Shown here piece after piece: positions 1-12,957 of a stretch of DNA of 64,000 bases. The stretch is from Escherichia coli (lineage in GTDB: Bacteria; Pseudomonadota; Gammaproteobacteria; Enterobacterales; Enterobacteriaceae), in assembly GCF_050320075.1 (NCBI RefSeq), contig NZ_CP190018.1; one strand, 5' to 3'. Within the stretch, counting starts at the first letter, position 1. The number at the start of each line of letters is the position of its first letter. The position numbers were made by a program, and so were the translations under genes. The notes beneath the pieces were generated by a model that searched no databases, had not been told where the DNA came from, and worked only from the letters and a program-made list of their open reading frames with translations.

Positions 1-504
1 ACGTGGGTAATATCCTACACCACCTGCGCGCATAGATAACGCGGCTTTGCGAATATTGCTTAACGCGATACCTTCAATATGGAAATCCATCGCCTGCCCT
101 TTCGTGTGATAGCTTTTCTTCGCTACTCCACGGCTGCGGGCGCGTAGTTCATTGTTGGTATCAATGGAGCGATAACCGGAAATGAGTTGCACCGGTTTGC
201 GGGTGCCTAACAACCCTTGCAGGCGATACAACTGATCGAATAATCCTGGGTCGATGGACTTTATTTTGTTCGCGCGATAATCGCGGAAAAAATGGTTAAG
301 TTTTGCCAATTCTTCCTGAATATAGCCTCTGCCATCGAAAAACTCCGCTTTGATTGACTCTCCGGTATGAAGATTATTGAGTGTCAAAATACGCGGGCGT
401 GGGGTAGAGAGTGTTGCAAACGCAGGGGTCGGCAGGATGGCGGCACCGAGTGCAACGCCACCAAGCGCCAGCAGTTTGCGGCGATTAGCGTCGAATTTGT
501 CCAT
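1..504 (-). CDS. mepK: Peptidoglycan L,D-endopeptidase MepK (YcbK), partial; C-terminus runs off the window start
   Basis: Minus-strand ATG at 502-504; translation MDKFDANRRKLLALGG... has a twin-arginine signal and matches YcbK/MepK; frame stays open to position 1. Confidence 0.85.
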   Translation of the reverse strand, partial: MDKFDANRRKLLALGGVALGAAILPTPAFATLSTPRPRILTLNNLHTGESIKAEFFDGRGYIQEELAKLNHFFRDYRANKIKSIDPGLFDQLYRLQGLLGTRKPVQLISGYRSIDTNNELRARSRGVAKKSYHTKGQAMDFHIEGIALSNIRKAALSMRAGGVGYYPR

Positions 505-684
505 GATAATCAAGTCTACAGGTCAATGTTATCGTTTATATGCACTTCTGGCGCACAAGAGGCACCTTAACCGTCAGTAAAGCTGACGTCAAGATGACTC
601 AACCCCAGCAGTGACGGGGGCTGCAGAGAATCGCGCCCGATCATGCTAATTATTACGACAACTGATTTCCCCGAACTGCTTCAT

Positions 685-2532
685 TTACCTGATTAATTGT
701 TCCGCTTTCGATACGATTTGCGAGCTGGATCGCGCAGGCAGATCATAATTGTAAATATCTGTACGATACTGGGTACGACCATCTGCACCAACAAAGGCCG
801 TCAGGTAGTAGAGATTCACCGGAATCGACTGCCGAATATTGACGTAACGCGTATCGCCCTGCTTCAGCGCATCAGAAATACGTTTGTCATTCCATCCTGC
901 ATCCTGCAACAGCATATTCGCCAGATCGGAAGCTTTATTCACTCGTACACAGCCTGAGCTCAATGCGCGTGTATCACGCTTGAACAGATTGTGGTTCGGC
1001 GTGTCATGCAAATAAATGGCCTCTGAACTCGGCATATTGAATTTATAGCGCCCCAGCGAGTTCCGTGGGCCTGGAGCCTGCTGGAAGCGAAACGGTAAAT
1101 TCGAGGCCGTGATTGTAGACCAGTCAACCTGCCATGGGTCAATCGCTTCTCTGCTGTTCCAGCCGCGCATCACCGTATAGCCATGGCTTTCGAGGTATCC
1201 CGGATCGTTGCGCACTTTCGGCAGAATATCTTTGCGTGCCAGAGTTGGTGGTACGTTCCACGGCGGGTTTACCACTACGTTGTTAAGTGCACTGCTCATC
1301 ATCGGCGTTTTGCGATCGGGGCGACCGACAATGACTCGCGAATCCAGTACCTGATTGCCGTTCTGATAGTAGACCAGCGAATAGGCTGGAATGTTAACCA
1401 TGATCCCGGTAGAAAGCTCTGTTGGTAGCAAGCGCAATCGCTGGATGTTGAGTGCCAACACGCCAGCACGCTGGGCGGGCGTTACGTTTAACCAGTCACG
1501 CGTTGCCGGGCCAATAGCGCCATCTGCTCCCAATCCTTGCCATGCCTGAAAACGTTTAACGGCCTCCACCAGTTCATTATCGTAGGCGGCACGAACGGCA
1601 GGCGCAGGTTTACTACGAGACGTCGTTTGCTTGTCCATCGGCTTAGTTTCTGCTGTTTCAACAGTAACAGCGGATGGGCTGACTACTGCGTCAGTTGGCG
1701 TGTCATCGCCAGGGAGAGTAATTTTTGGCCCCCCGTCCAACATGCCTGTGCGTTGCAATATTTCGCGCAACGCCGGTACGTCGTTACTCCACTGCCCTGG
1801 GCGCAACGTTGCTTTACCGGTCAGTTGAGGCCACGGTTTGGTGTCACTGAGTAAGGCCAGTAACGATTCATGCATCGCCGCATATTGCGGATGCTGCGGT
1901 GCCAGTCCTGCAACAAACGTCGGCAATTGACCTTTATCCAGCGCCAGCTGCCATTGGTTAATCACCGAAAGCGGCGGCGTTGCAAGCGCATAAGGTTTAC
2001 TGCTATATAGCCAGCGAGTGCCTTTGACCGGAATATTTGCAATGAAATGGAGATAGCCCATCATCGCATCAGAGAGCACGACGTCGCGTGCCATTCCGTT
2101 AACACCAGGATCGGTCAGTAACTCTACCCATTTATTAAACTGCGGCTGGAAACCGGCAATCGCCACCTCGGCCAGCTGTTGCTGGAAGGCTTTAACAGCA
2201 TCACGGTTTTCCCACATGGGTTGCATATCGCGTGCGGCATACAACAGTTGAAGCTGGTTAAGATAAACCGGCTTGTAACCTGCGGGTAATTGAGATTCGA
2301 TTTGCGTGCGGGCTTTTTCTGCCGCACCTTCAGGCAATGGCTGGATCCCCGCCATTATTGCCGTGGCTTGCGCCTGCGGCAGTGCCTCGCCCTGTTCACT
2401 GACAGCCACCGGGCTGTCGCCAGGGATTACTTCAGGCTCATCGGCCTGCGCATTGAACAGTGGAGCGAATGTTACGGCCAGGCACAAACTGATTGCCGAC
2501 AGCCGACGACCACACATCATATTAAGCAACAT
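685..2532 (-). CDS. ldtD: L,D-transpeptidase LdtD (YcbB)
   Basis: 615-aa ORF recognised as YcbB/LdtD with N-terminal signal peptide; stop TAA at 685-687. Confidence 0.92.
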   Translation of the reverse strand: MLLNMMCGRRLSAISLCLAVTFAPLFNAQADEPEVIPGDSPVAVSEQGEALPQAQATAIMAGIQPLPEGAAEKARTQIESQLPAGYKPVYLNQLQLLYAARDMQPMWENRDAVKAFQQQLAEVAIAGFQPQFNKWVELLTDPGVNGMARDVVLSDAMMGYLHFIANIPVKGTRWLYSSKPYALATPPLSVINQWQLALDKGQLPTFVAGLAPQHPQYAAMHESLLALLSDTKPWPQLTGKATLRPGQWSNDVPALREILQRTGMLDGGPKITLPGDDTPTDAVVSPSAVTVETAETKPMDKQTTSRSKPAPAVRAAYDNELVEAVKRFQAWQGLGADGAIGPATRDWLNVTPAQRAGVLALNIQRLRLLPTELSTGIMVNIPAYSLVYYQNGNQVLDSRVIVGRPDRKTPMMSSALNNVVVNPPWNVPPTLARKDILPKVRNDPGYLESHGYTVMRGWNSREAIDPWQVDWSTITASNLPFRFQQAPGPRNSLGRYKFNMPSSEAIYLHDTPNHNLFKRDTRALSSGCVRVNKASDLANMLLQDAGWNDKRISDALKQGDTRYVNIRQSIPVNLYYLTAFVGADGRTQYRTDIYNYDLPARSSSQIVSKAEQLIR

Positions 2533-2756
2533 CCCTTGCCCCCTGTTTTTATCATACTCTGAATAGCCAGGCTGTTATTTTACGACTTGCCTGTACAACG
2601 CCAATACTCACGAAAGTATGACGAGCAAGCCTGTTACTCATCAGGCTTATCTTCAGTATATAAACGCCGATACGTTTTTACATAACCTAATGTAAAGAAG
2701 TTTAAAGAAAAGCGCGCCGTAATGTGCCACTTTTTTAGTGCAGAAACGGAGTTTTC

Positions 2757-2788
2757 GGAAAAAGAAAAGGCGGCATTGCTGCCGCCTT
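2757..2788 (-). terminator. Rho-independent terminator downstream of mukB
   Basis: Minus-strand hairpin AAGGCGGCAGCAATGCCGCCTT followed by TTCTTTTTC, immediately 3' of the mukB stop. Confidence 0.6.
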
Positions 2789-2792
2789 AATT

Positions 2793-5700
2793 TTAACTCG
2801 CCTGAGAAGGCGCTTCGTCACTTCCTGGAAGCGTTTCAGGGAGTTGCGGCGCAAAGCCACGCAGGCCGACGACGTGAACGTGTTCGGTATTCTGGAAGAC
2901 TTTACGCACCAGTTTATAGGTGGTGCCTTTCTCCGGGCTGATATTTTCCGGCGCTGCGATGATGAGCTGCATTTGCAAACGTTCACACAATTCAAACAGC
3001 GTGGCGATAGAACGAGCATCCAGTCGCGCTGCTTCATCGAGGAACAGCAGGCGGCAAGGAGAGATATCTTTACCGCGCAGGCGGCGAGATTCATCTTCCC
3101 AGCTTTGTACCACCATCACCAGAATCGACATACCGGTACCAATCGCCTCACCGGTCGACAATGCACCAGACTCTGCGCGCAACCAGCCATCAGAACCACG
3201 GTTAACCTCAACTTCCATTTCCAGATAGTTGCGGTAATCCAGCAGTTCTTCGCCAATGGTCTGCGGCGTGCGCTGCCCCATATCAATCTGCGGATTAAGA
3301 CGCTGATACAATTTCGCCAGCGCTTCCGAGAAGGTCAGACGGTTGCTGTTAAACAGATCCTGATGCTGCTCATGCTGTTCAGAGAGCACATCCAGCAGCA
3401 TGGCGTGCGTTTCACGCACGTTCACGTTGAGGCGCACGCTGTTCACCTGACCAAACGATACGTTCTGCAACCCCTGGTTGAGCATACGGATACGGTTCTG
3501 CTCGCGCTGAATGGTTTTTCGAATAATGTTCGCCACGCTGCGGGAACTGATCGCCAGTTTCTGTTCACGGGAGGTTAACTCTTCGGTCAGACGGCTAAGT
3601 TCGATCTCCATCTGTTCGATAGCTTCCACCGGATCATCGGTACGAATAATATCCTGACGAATACGTTCACGCAGATGCTGATAAACCGCCACGAAGAACT
3701 GAATTTTACGTTCCGGACGTTTTGGATCTTCCGACATGCGCAGCACATCGCGCAGATGTTCGTTATCTGCCACTGCCAGACGCAGCGCACCTAACGCCTT
3801 ATCCGACATGGAACGCAAATCATCAGCGGAGAGATAAGCCAGCTCACGACGGTGTAAGCGGCGCTCAACGCCGTTATCTTTCACCATGCGCATGACTGCA
3901 CACCAGCCCGCTTTCGCGGTCACTACCTGCTCGCGCATCTCAAAGTAATCCCGCTCCAGCTTGCGCAGTTTGCGGGTCAGGTTGTCCATCTCTGCTTCGC
4001 AGAAGGTAAGCGCTTTTTCCAGTTGATTGCGGCGTGAACGGTTATTGCTCAGTTGCGCGTGCAACTCGTCACGGCGAATACGCGCCCGCTCTTCTGCCCC
4101 GCTATCAGCTCGCACGCCGATATCCTGCAATTCACGTTGCAGATCATTGAGTAGCTCTTTTTTGGTGTCGTAAGAACTTTTCAGCGAAGCCAGCACCTGG
4201 TTGTACTGACTCAACTGCGCTGCGTGTCCGCGCAACGCTTCACGCGCGCGGGTACGCTCCGCTTCCGCCTGTTCCAGACGTTCACGCAGTTTTTCGTTGA
4301 GATCGCTGTTACCGCTAAGCATTTCTGCCGAGTCAGAGTAGCTAAAGTGCGCACGACGCTGCACCACTTCCGTCAGGGCAAACGCCTGCTGACGGGCATC
4401 GCGCTGCATCTGCTGAGAGTACGCGTAATCTTCTTTTAACTGTTCGAACTGTTCCGGGTCACTCTGCAATACCGAAACGATCGGTTCCAGTTTCGCCAGT
4501 TGATTACCGAACTGCTGAACAAAACGCGCGGCTTCCTGGGCTTCATCCAGACGTTCGCGGATTTCATCGACGCGATCCGCCAGGCTGTCATCAGCCAACA
4601 AGTTGAGACGCGGCAGAATGCGGTTCAGCGCCGTAACACCCTCTTTCGCCTGCTCAAACTGAATACGCTGCTGCTGGTTATCATTTTCATGATTACTCAA
4701 CGCCCGCTCCAGTTCGACGCGACGGCTGTTCAGTTGACGGATTTCTGCTTCCGGGTCAGACTCAAACGCCACCGCCAGATGACTACCTATAAAGCGGCTG
4801 AATGCCTGATGCAGACGCTGGGTTTTCTGTACATCAAAGGAGAGCGTGGCGAAGCGTTCGGAAAGCACTTCACGCTCGGCATGGAGGCTTTCAATACGGC
4901 TTTCACGCGCAGCACGACCAAACAGCGGCACTTCCGGGAAACGTGAATAACGCCACTGACGATCGGCGATTTTCACCACTACAGCTTTTTCCAGCTCATC
5001 AACGCTGAACACGCTGTCATCGAATGACTGCGGATCCCCTTCGATCAGATAGAGATCTTCCGGGCAATCGGTCAAGCCTTCCAGGTGCTCGGTTACCTGT
5101 GACAGATCTGGCACCACGATGGCGTGGCGTGACGGGCCATACAGCGCTGAGAAGTACGGCGCATCTTCCAGGCTAACGTCATCATAAATTTCTGACAGCA
5201 GCACACCACCAAAACGCTCCGCCAGCGCGTTCAGACGCTGATCTTCAGAGCCGCCTGGCTGGCTTAAACGTTCGATCTCTTCATCGACGGCGTTTTTGCG
5301 TGCGCCAACTTCGTCACGTTCAACAATCGCTTCGCGCTCACGCTCAAGCAACTGTTGCAGATATTCGGTGACGTCCTGGCTGGAGGTGAACTCTTCGCCG
5401 CACTGTTCGCTCAACTGGTTGAGACTGTTTTGCGCTGCCAGCCAAACCGGCGCACGCTGCATCAAACTCTGAATGCGAGACTGCAGCTGTTCCTGTTCCT
5501 GGCGCAGTGCCATGCGCTCTTCGCGGGCGTTAGACACGCTATCGGAAAGAGAGGCAATGCGTGCTTCCAGCTCCTGATGCAGAGCTTCCAGTTCATCAAT
5601 ATCAAAATTCTTGCCCTGACGTTTGCAGAAATCTGCCAGCAGGCGTTCGGCTTCTTGCTGCTCGCGCAGACGCTGTTCCAGTTCGCTTAAGCGCATCCGC

Positions 5701-7253
5701 AACGGTTGAACCTGCTCTGCCAGGTGACGCTGATCGACCCCTTCGCGCAATAGTTCGCGAGCGACATCCCACGCCTCGTTACGCGCCAGCGGGCCATTAA
5801 TTGCCACCACCAGCTGATAAGCCTGCTCAAACTGGCTGTGCGCGGTTTGCGCCATGCTCATTTTCTGCTCAAGAGAGAGCATTTTTTCAGTCGCTTCCAG
5901 CTCTTTCGCCTGGAAGGTTTCCAGCCATTCGGCGGCGCTGTCGGCGGTTAAGTCCGGCAGATGGCACAGTTCTTTGGCACGATTAAGCGCAGCAATCGCC
6001 TGGTTATACTGGATCGCGCGCGTTTGCTGGACGTCCAGCGCCTGCTGATAGTCAGCAAGCTGGCTTTTCAGCTCGTCCACTTCCAGTTCGGCAGCTTCCG
6101 CACGAGCCTCGTTCTCTTCCTGGCGTTCGATGGCTTCTGCCACCACTTCGTTTTGCTCTTCCAGACGGATCTGCAGCTCATCGAGATCCGCTTCGTAACG
6201 TTCGATCTTCTCCTGCTGACGCAGTGCGGTTTGCACCAGGTTCAGGTGATCGCTGGCCGCCTGATAATCCGCTTCCAGATCGCCTTCGGCACCGTTGTGC
6301 TCTGCCAGCTCACGCGCCATATCGACGTGTTTGTACTGCTCAGCCGCCAATTGCTGACGCGAAGTATGTAGCTCGCGACGAAATTCCAGGGCTTTGTCGA
6401 GATGGACACGGCGCTCGTTGGCGTGACGCATGTAGTCCGCCGCCACGTAGTTGGTGGCTTCGCTGATCAGATGCTTAAACAGGTCACGGTCCGACTGGGT
6501 GACACGAATCGCTTCCAGCGTCATGCGATTTTCACGCAGTGCCGCTTCCATGTCCTGGAACGCTTTACGCACCCCGCTGTTTTCCGGCAACAGGTAGTCG
6601 CGCAGAGAACGAGTAATGGCGCTGGAGATCCCGCCATACAGCGAGGCTTCGATCAGACGATAGAATTTGCTACGGTCAGATGCGGAGCGCAGACGACGCG
6701 CGATGATGCCCAGATCGAACATCAGCGAGTGGTAATCGGTAATGGAGTTGAACTGTTTAAACTGCACGCCTTCCATCGCCTCGAGCTTGTCTTTCAGCTC
6801 GTTAAGCGGCAGCACGCGCGCCTGGCGTTCGTTCAGGGTTTCGGTCACCAACTGCGTCGGCAGCACCGACATCGGCAGGCCCTGAATGGCAAATGGTTTG
6901 ATATCCACTTTACGATCGCGTCCGGCAACCTGTTGCAGACGCACACCGACCACCACGCGCTGGTGGCGCGAGTTAATGGTGTCGAGCATCGAATAACAGA
7001 CACCCGCTTTCAGCTTACCGTGCAGACCTTTATCACGCGAACCGCTGGTGGCCCCGGCTTCCGTAGTGTTACGGAAATGCAGCAGGGTCAGGTCGGGGAT
7101 CAGCGCCGTAACGAACGCCGCCATGGTGGTGGATTTACCCGCCCCGTTACCGCCAGAAAGCGTCGTGACCAGCTCGTCAAGGTCAAAAGTTCGGGCAAAA
7201 AAGCCGTTCCAGTTAATCAGCGTCAGTGAGCGAAATTTACCGCGTTCAATCAT
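2793..7253 (-). CDS. mukB: Chromosome partition protein MukB (SMC-like condensin)
   Basis: 1486-aa ORF; N-terminal Walker [10 protein letters not shown], long coiled coils, C-terminal head; length matches MukB. Confidence 0.97.
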   Translation of the reverse strand: MIERGKFRSLTLINWNGFFARTFDLDELVTTLSGGNGAGKSTTMAAFVTALIPDLTLLHFRNTTEAGATSGSRDKGLHGKLKAGVCYSMLDTINSRHQRVVVGVRLQQVAGRDRKVDIKPFAIQGLPMSVLPTQLVTETLNERQARVLPLNELKDKLEAMEGVQFKQFNSITDYHSLMFDLGIIARRLRSASDRSKFYRLIEASLYGGISSAITRSLRDYLLPENSGVRKAFQDMEAALRENRMTLEAIRVTQSDRDLFKHLISEATNYVAADYMRHANERRVHLDKALEFRRELHTSRQQLAAEQYKHVDMARELAEHNGAEGDLEADYQAASDHLNLVQTALRQQEKIERYEADLDELQIRLEEQNEVVAEAIERQEENEARAEAAELEVDELKSQLADYQQALDVQQTRAIQYNQAIAALNRAKELCHLPDLTADSAAEWLETFQAKELEATEKMLSLEQKMSMAQTAHSQFEQAYQLVVAINGPLARNEAWDVARELLREGVDQRHLAEQVQPLRMRLSELEQRLREQQEAERLLADFCKRQGKNFDIDELEALHQELEARIASLSDSVSNAREERMALRQEQEQLQSRIQSLMQRAPVWLAAQNSLNQLSEQCGEEFTSSQDVTEYLQQLLEREREAIVERDEVGARKNAVDEEIERLSQPGGSEDQRLNALAERFGGVLLSEIYDDVSLEDAPYFSALYGPSRHAIVVPDLSQVTEHLEGLTDCPEDLYLIEGDPQSFDDSVFSVDELEKAVVVKIADRQWRYSRFPEVPLFGRAARESRIESLHAEREVLSERFATLSFDVQKTQRLHQAFSRFIGSHLAVAFESDPEAEIRQLNSRRVELERALSNHENDNQQQRIQFEQAKEGVTALNRILPRLNLLADDSLADRVDEIRERLDEAQEAARFVQQFGNQLAKLEPIVSVLQSDPEQFEQLKEDYAYSQQMQRDARQQAFALTEVVQRRAHFSYSDSAEMLSGNSDLNEKLRERLEQAEAERTRAREALRGHAAQLSQYNQVLASLKSSYDTKKELLNDLQRELQDIGVRADSGAEERARIRRDELHAQLSNNRSRRNQLEKALTFCEAEMDNLTRKLRKLERDYFEMREQVVTAKAGWCAVMRMVKDNGVERRLHRRELAYLSADDLRSMSDKALGALRLAVADNEHLRDVLRMSEDPKRPERKIQFFVAVYQHLRERIRQDIIRTDDPVEAIEQMEIELSRLTEELTSREQKLAISSRSVANIIRKTIQREQNRIRMLNQGLQNVSFGQVNSVRLNVNVRETHAMLLDVLSEQHEQHQDLFNSNRLTFSEALAKLYQRLNPQIDMGQRTPQTIGEELLDYRNYLEMEVEVNRGSDGWLRAESGALSTGEAIGTGMSILVMVVQSWEDESRRLRGKDISPCRLLFLDEAARLDARSIATLFELCERLQMQLIIAAPENISPEKGTTYKLVRKVFQNTEHVHVVGLRGFAPQLPETLPGSDEAPSQAS

Positions 7254-7957
7254 TATTCTTCCTCTCCGCTATCTGGCTGACTCTCTTCGGTTTCATCGTT
7301 GAGTTGCAGATGATTTTCAATCGGCATTGCTTCGCCATCACGAATCAGGCGACGCTGTGCTTCACGGGGATCGTCGCCAGCACGCACATCGGCTCCGAAG
7401 CGGAACACCGATTCGGTAATGCGGAACTTGCTGCTGTCGTGGCCCATAAACCACACCATGCCCAAACGACGCAGACGGTTGAGCGAAGAACGTACTTTCT
7501 CCTGCAACTTCTGCCGGTCAACGTCTGAACCGGTTGAACGGTTGTTCACCAGTTTCAGCAGTTTCGCTTCATCGGCCAGGGTGAGCAGTTCGTCGTACAG
7601 TTCCTGTTGAGTAAAAATCCCCTCATTCGCCAGCCGTTCCGGGCTGAGATAGAGATAACAGAGGATTTTCCCGACCATCATATCCAGTTCCGACAAGACG
7701 GAACGAGGGATCAGCGTGGTGGAACGTGGGCGTAAATAGAAGAACCCTTCCGGTGCACGAATAAGCTCAACGTTATAACGCGCGTAAAACTCTTCCAGAT
7801 ATTCCTGAAAATCCATCAGGAATGCATGATTATCCAGTTCGTCGAGGCCAATATGGCGGCCTGAACGTAAGGCGCTATCCAGCGCCGGAAATAACGGATT
7901 CGCCAGCGCCTGCGCCAGCTTAACCGGCATCACTTGTTCAATATTTGTCGATGACAT
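7253..7957 (-). CDS. mukE: Chromosome partition protein MukE
   Basis: Track ORF 7253-7984; conserved MukE N-terminus MSSTNIEQ starts at ATG 7955-7957; stop TAA shares one base with the mukB ATG. Confidence 0.9.
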
Positions 7958-9260
7958 GCGCCTGTACCTTGGCTCCGTAATCATTAATCGGCTGCCATTT
8001 CGCTGGCAGTCCGGTGAAATCTGCTTGCGCTACGCCAAGACGTACCGCCTGATCAATAACAATGCGCGCAACGTCAAAGTGACGTGCACGCGGATACTGT
8101 GACAGATATTCGCGTACCACCAGACCAAGATCCAGCGGCACTTGTCTGGTTTTGTACACGGCGAGTTGTTCTTCGATGATCGCCGCCAGCTGTTCGCGGA
8201 TCTCGTTAAACTCTTCGTACTCCAGATCCTCAGGAAGTTCTCCTGTCACTTCTTCATCGCGCAGAGCCATCTCTTCGTCACGCATATCCAACAGACGATC
8301 GGCATTGGCATAAGTTAGCGCCCACGGCTCATCAAAATAGGTTTGTACCGACTGACGTAACCGCTGAGCAAAGACGCGGTTTTTATCCATATCGATTGCG
8401 GTACGGATAAATTTGTGTACGTGGCGGTCGTAGCCAATCCACAAGTCTATGGATTGCTGGCCCCAGCTGATAATACGGTCGAGTTTGCTCTGCAGATCGA
8501 ATACCAGACGATCGACAAAATGCAGATCGTCATGGGTCATCGTCGCATCCTGAATGCGCAACAGATTAGCCTGCAATTTGTCGCCTGCCGCTTCCAGCGT
8601 ATCCTGCAATTCACGCAGCGTTCCGGAAGTTTCCGAAAGCAACAATTCACAGCTGGAGATCGCCGCCCGCCAGTCTTTGTTCAGCAACTGGGCGATATCG
8701 TCCTTCACCTGCTGCTGCTGTTCGTCCATCAGACGTTGCGTCAGGTCGATACTGTCAAAAATTTCTGCTACCGAATATTTCAGCGGCGCATAGACATTAC
8801 GGTGCCAGTGAAATTCATCACCGCCCTCTTCGGCGGCATCTGCTGCGCGTTTGAGCTCACCCGCCACAATCGACAACTGCATAGAAAGGCGCAGCGTAGA
8901 AAACTCGCGCTGACGGATGTAATAGTCAGTAATGCCGATGCCGAGCGGCGTCAGACGGTAAATTGCGTTCCCTTCCGCCTGCTCGCTGGTAAAGCGGTTC
9001 AGCAGACGTTGACGCACCATGTCGTTGATCGCGTTGTTGGCGCGCACGCCGATGGTTTCGCTGGTTTGCTCAAACGCATCACTCACATGGCGGAATGCAT
9101 CCACCAGCTCGCCTTCACTCATCTCACCATCCAGACGCTCGCCGTTCAGCGTGGCAACCGCCAGCAGAAAAGAGAGTCGGTCTACCGGCAGCGAGATGGA
9201 GAAGTCATTTTTTCTGGCCCAGGCAACCAGTTCGGGGACTGTCTGGGAAAATTCACTCAT
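7938..9260 (-). CDS. mukF: Chromosome partition protein MukF (kleisin)
   Basis: 440-aa ORF recognised as MukF; overlaps the mukE start. Confidence 0.95.
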
Positions 9261-10042
9261 ACTTTATCCTTGCTCTGCGGTTTGCGCGCGGTGACATGAA
9301 TATAACGCCCCAGGGTAATATACGGTTCCTGACGGCAATAACGCGTTTCTAATTCAAGTAATGCTTCATAGCAGTCGCGCTGCTGGTGCTTCTCGCGCAG
9401 ATAATCATGAAACACGCGAACGCCTGTCTTACCCATAATTTGCCAACCAGCTTCTTCCAGCCACAGATAAACCTGCGCCGGGTCGCGTGGATAATCTGGC
9501 GAAAGCGTCCGTTTTTTCTTTTTCGGCATTCCCGCCTGCACGTAATCAAAATTCCCGGCGACCATGTTATGCATCAGCAAGCCGTGCGCATTGTAGAACA
9601 TTAACGACAACACACCGCCTGGACGCAACACTGACCACAGGGTCTGTAATACGCTGCGGGGATCGGCCACCCACTCGAGCACCGCATGGAACAATATCAG
9701 ATCAACGGGCGTTTCCAAATGCGAAGCAACATCCTGAGCGGCGCAATGTATAAATTGCATGTTGTCGCTCACACCTTTTGCTTCTGCCGCCTGTTTTGCG
9801 CGGTCGATCATCTGCGCAGAAAGATCGCATAAAATGACCTGATGCCCACGCTCGGCCATTTTGATTGCGGTCTGCCCTTCTCCACCGCCAGCATCCAGCA
9901 CACGCAGTTTTTGCGGGCCCATTTCCGCCAGCACGCGATCGAGATCCTGCCACAGAATAGCCTGTCGAAGCTGCCCTTTGGTGGTGCCGTAAATGTTACG
10001 GGAAAACTTTTCCGCAATATCATCAAAATTGCGATCCTGCAT
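9257..10042 (-). CDS. cmoM: tRNA cmo5U methyltransferase CmoM (SmtA), SAM-dependent
   Basis: Track ORF begins at a GTG at 10054; conserved start MQDRNFDD at ATG 10040-10042; DAGGGEG SAM motif; 4-bp overlap with mukF, consistent with a smtA-mukFEB operon. Confidence 0.9.
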
Positions 10043-10177
10043 TGCTTTCTCCACCGGTTGGCTAAGACGTTTTCTGATAAAGACGCTATTTTGTCACAGC
10101 CACGGCGAGAATGAACCTGTCTGGTGTAATATCGCTGGCGATCCCTTGCTATATGGTTAAAAAAGGAACCAGAAAGG

Positions 10178-10957
10178 ATGCTTTTTACACTGAAAAAAGT
10201 GATTGGCAATATGTTGCTGCCACTTCCGCTGATGTTGTTGATTATTGGCGCTGGCCTGGCGCTGCTGTGGTTTAGCCGTTTTCAAAAAACCGGGAAGATT
10301 TTTATTAGCATTGGGTGGCTGGCGCTCTTGTTATTGAGTTTGCAACCGGTAGCCGACCGCCTGCTGCGTCCCATCGAAAGCACCTATCCGACATGGAATA
10401 ATTCGCAAAAAGTGGACTATATCGTGGTGCTCGGAGGTGGTTATACCTGGAACCCGCAGTGGGCACCAAGCTCGAATTTAATCAATAACAGTCTGCCTCG
10501 CCTGAATGAAGGTATTCGCTTATGGCGCGAAAATCCGGGATCAAAACTGATCTTCACGGGAGGCGTAGCAAAAACCAATACGGTGAGTACAGCGGAAGTA
10601 GGTGCCAGAGTTGCGCAATCGCTGGGCGTGCCGCGCGAGCAAATTATCACTCTGGATTTGCCAAAAGATACCGAAGAAGAAGCTGCGGCAGTGAAACAGG
10701 CGATTGGTGACGCCCCTTTCCTGCTGGTGACCTCCGCATCACATCTGCCGCGGGCGATGATCTTTTTTCAGCAGGAAGGGTTAAATCCGCTACCAGCCCC
10801 AGCGAATCAGTTGGCCATCGACTCGCCGCTTAATCCGTGGGAACGGGCAATCCCTTCTCCGGTTTGGTTGATGCATAGCGATCGTGTTGGCTATGAAACG
10901 CTTGGCCGCATCTGGCAGTGGCTGAAAGGTCCGTCAGGCGAGCCACGGCAAGAGTGA
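10178..10957 (+). CDS. elyC: Envelope biogenesis factor ElyC (YcbC), DUF218
   Basis: 259-aa ORF with N-terminal transmembrane segment; RBS AGGAACCAGAAAGG before ATG 10178. Confidence 0.9.
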   Translation: MLFTLKKVIGNMLLPLPLMLLIIGAGLALLWFSRFQKTGKIFISIGWLALLLLSLQPVADRLLRPIESTYPTWNNSQKVDYIVVLGGGYTWNPQWAPSSNLINNSLPRLNEGIRLWRENPGSKLIFTGGVAKTNTVSTAEVGARVAQSLGVPREQIITLDLPKDTEEEAAAVKQAIGDAPFLLVTSASHLPRAMIFFQQEGLNPLPAPANQLAIDSPLNPWERAIPSPVWLMHSDRVGYETLGRIWQWLKGPSGEPRQE

Positions 10958-11827
10958 TTTTGATGCCAGATCGAAGTTGCGCCGACTAAATCGTCCGGTA
11001 TTAACCAGTTGCGCAACTTCATCCCATAACACATACAACCAACGCCGCCAGATGAACGACTCCGCCACTGGCGCGCGTTGCAGGTAACTCCAGAGCAAAT
11101 CTTCCGCCAGAGAATTATCCATTAGTCGGAACAGTTCGTATTCTCGCGGTGCCCAAAGCATTAGTCCCGGCCCGACCATCGCCAGTAACTGATCGCTGCG
11201 CGAATCTTTCAGCATGCTGCGTAAACAGAAGTTACCGTGAATCAGCACACAATTGTCGTTAAAGCCTTCAAATAATGCCGGAAGACATTCGCGAGTACGA
11301 AACAGGATCCGCTTATCCTGCATCGTTAGACCGGTGTTATTGAACTGATTGAGCGTGGTCCATAGCACTTCAACATGTTGCCGGTACCATGAGGGCCAGA
11401 AATTTTCCTGAGTATTGTCGACCGCGCCGACGCAACCGCGACTGTCCTGACGGTGCCAGGCCAGTAAGGCTTCAACGATTTGATCTTTGAGCTGTTCCCA
11501 GCGTTCTGGTGTTCGGGCTGGTGCCTCCACCGAAACACCACGCATCCGCTCCAGTAGCAGGACATCGGGGCCGGGGTGTTCTTCATGCGTCATCACACCA
11601 TAAATAGTCGGCATACGGACAGTTCCACTTCTTGCCAGCATGGTGGTTTTCCATGCCAGTTGTCGGGCTTTTCCGGGCGTACTAAAGCTTCTTGCCATTA
11701 ACGGCATTGGGTTTCCCTGGCTGTCATACAAAGCCCACAACGCCGTATCCGCTTTTTCATTGACGCACTCAATACGACTGAGTTTTTCGCCCAGTAAATG
11801 GCTTAATTCGGCACGCAGCTGTTCCAT
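10934..11827 (-). CDS. ycbJ: Putative phosphotransferase/kinase-like protein YcbJ
   Basis: 297-aa ORF, ATG at 11825-11827; convergent with elyC with a 24-bp 3' overlap. Confidence 0.88.
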   Translation of the reverse strand: MEQLRAELSHLLGEKLSRIECVNEKADTALWALYDSQGNPMPLMARSFSTPGKARQLAWKTTMLARSGTVRMPTIYGVMTHEEHPGPDVLLLERMRGVSVEAPARTPERWEQLKDQIVEALLAWHRQDSRGCVGAVDNTQENFWPSWYRQHVEVLWTTLNQFNNTGLTMQDKRILFRTRECLPALFEGFNDNCVLIHGNFCLRSMLKDSRSDQLLAMVGPGLMLWAPREYELFRLMDNSLAEDLLWSYLQRAPVAESFIWRRWLYVLWDEVAQLVNTGRFSRRNFDLASKSLLPWLA

Positions 11828-11980
11828 TCAGATTACCCTCATAAAAGCTACTGCTTTCATAATGAGCGCCAATATAAAAGATGTCACCTGAATGAGATCA
11901 ATTGTTGAAAAGAAAAATTGAGGAAAATCGTAACGGTACGACACTCCTCCCAAAATTGGCTGGAGTGTCGTGAAGTGAAA

Positions 11981-12906
<926 letters not shown>

Positions 12907-12957
12907 AGTTCCTCCAGATGGATCGGGTTATGAATGCATAAATCTTATCATAATCAT

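Noticed and set aside
367-580. Two overlapping 67-aa plus-strand ORFs near the window start
   Set aside because: Antisense to the mepK 5' end and the ldtD-mepK spacer; no RBS or recognisable product
6402-7229. 275-aa plus-strand ORF antisense to mukB (also 2844-3578, 4500-4946)
   Set aside because: Shadow ORFs within mukB; no independent support
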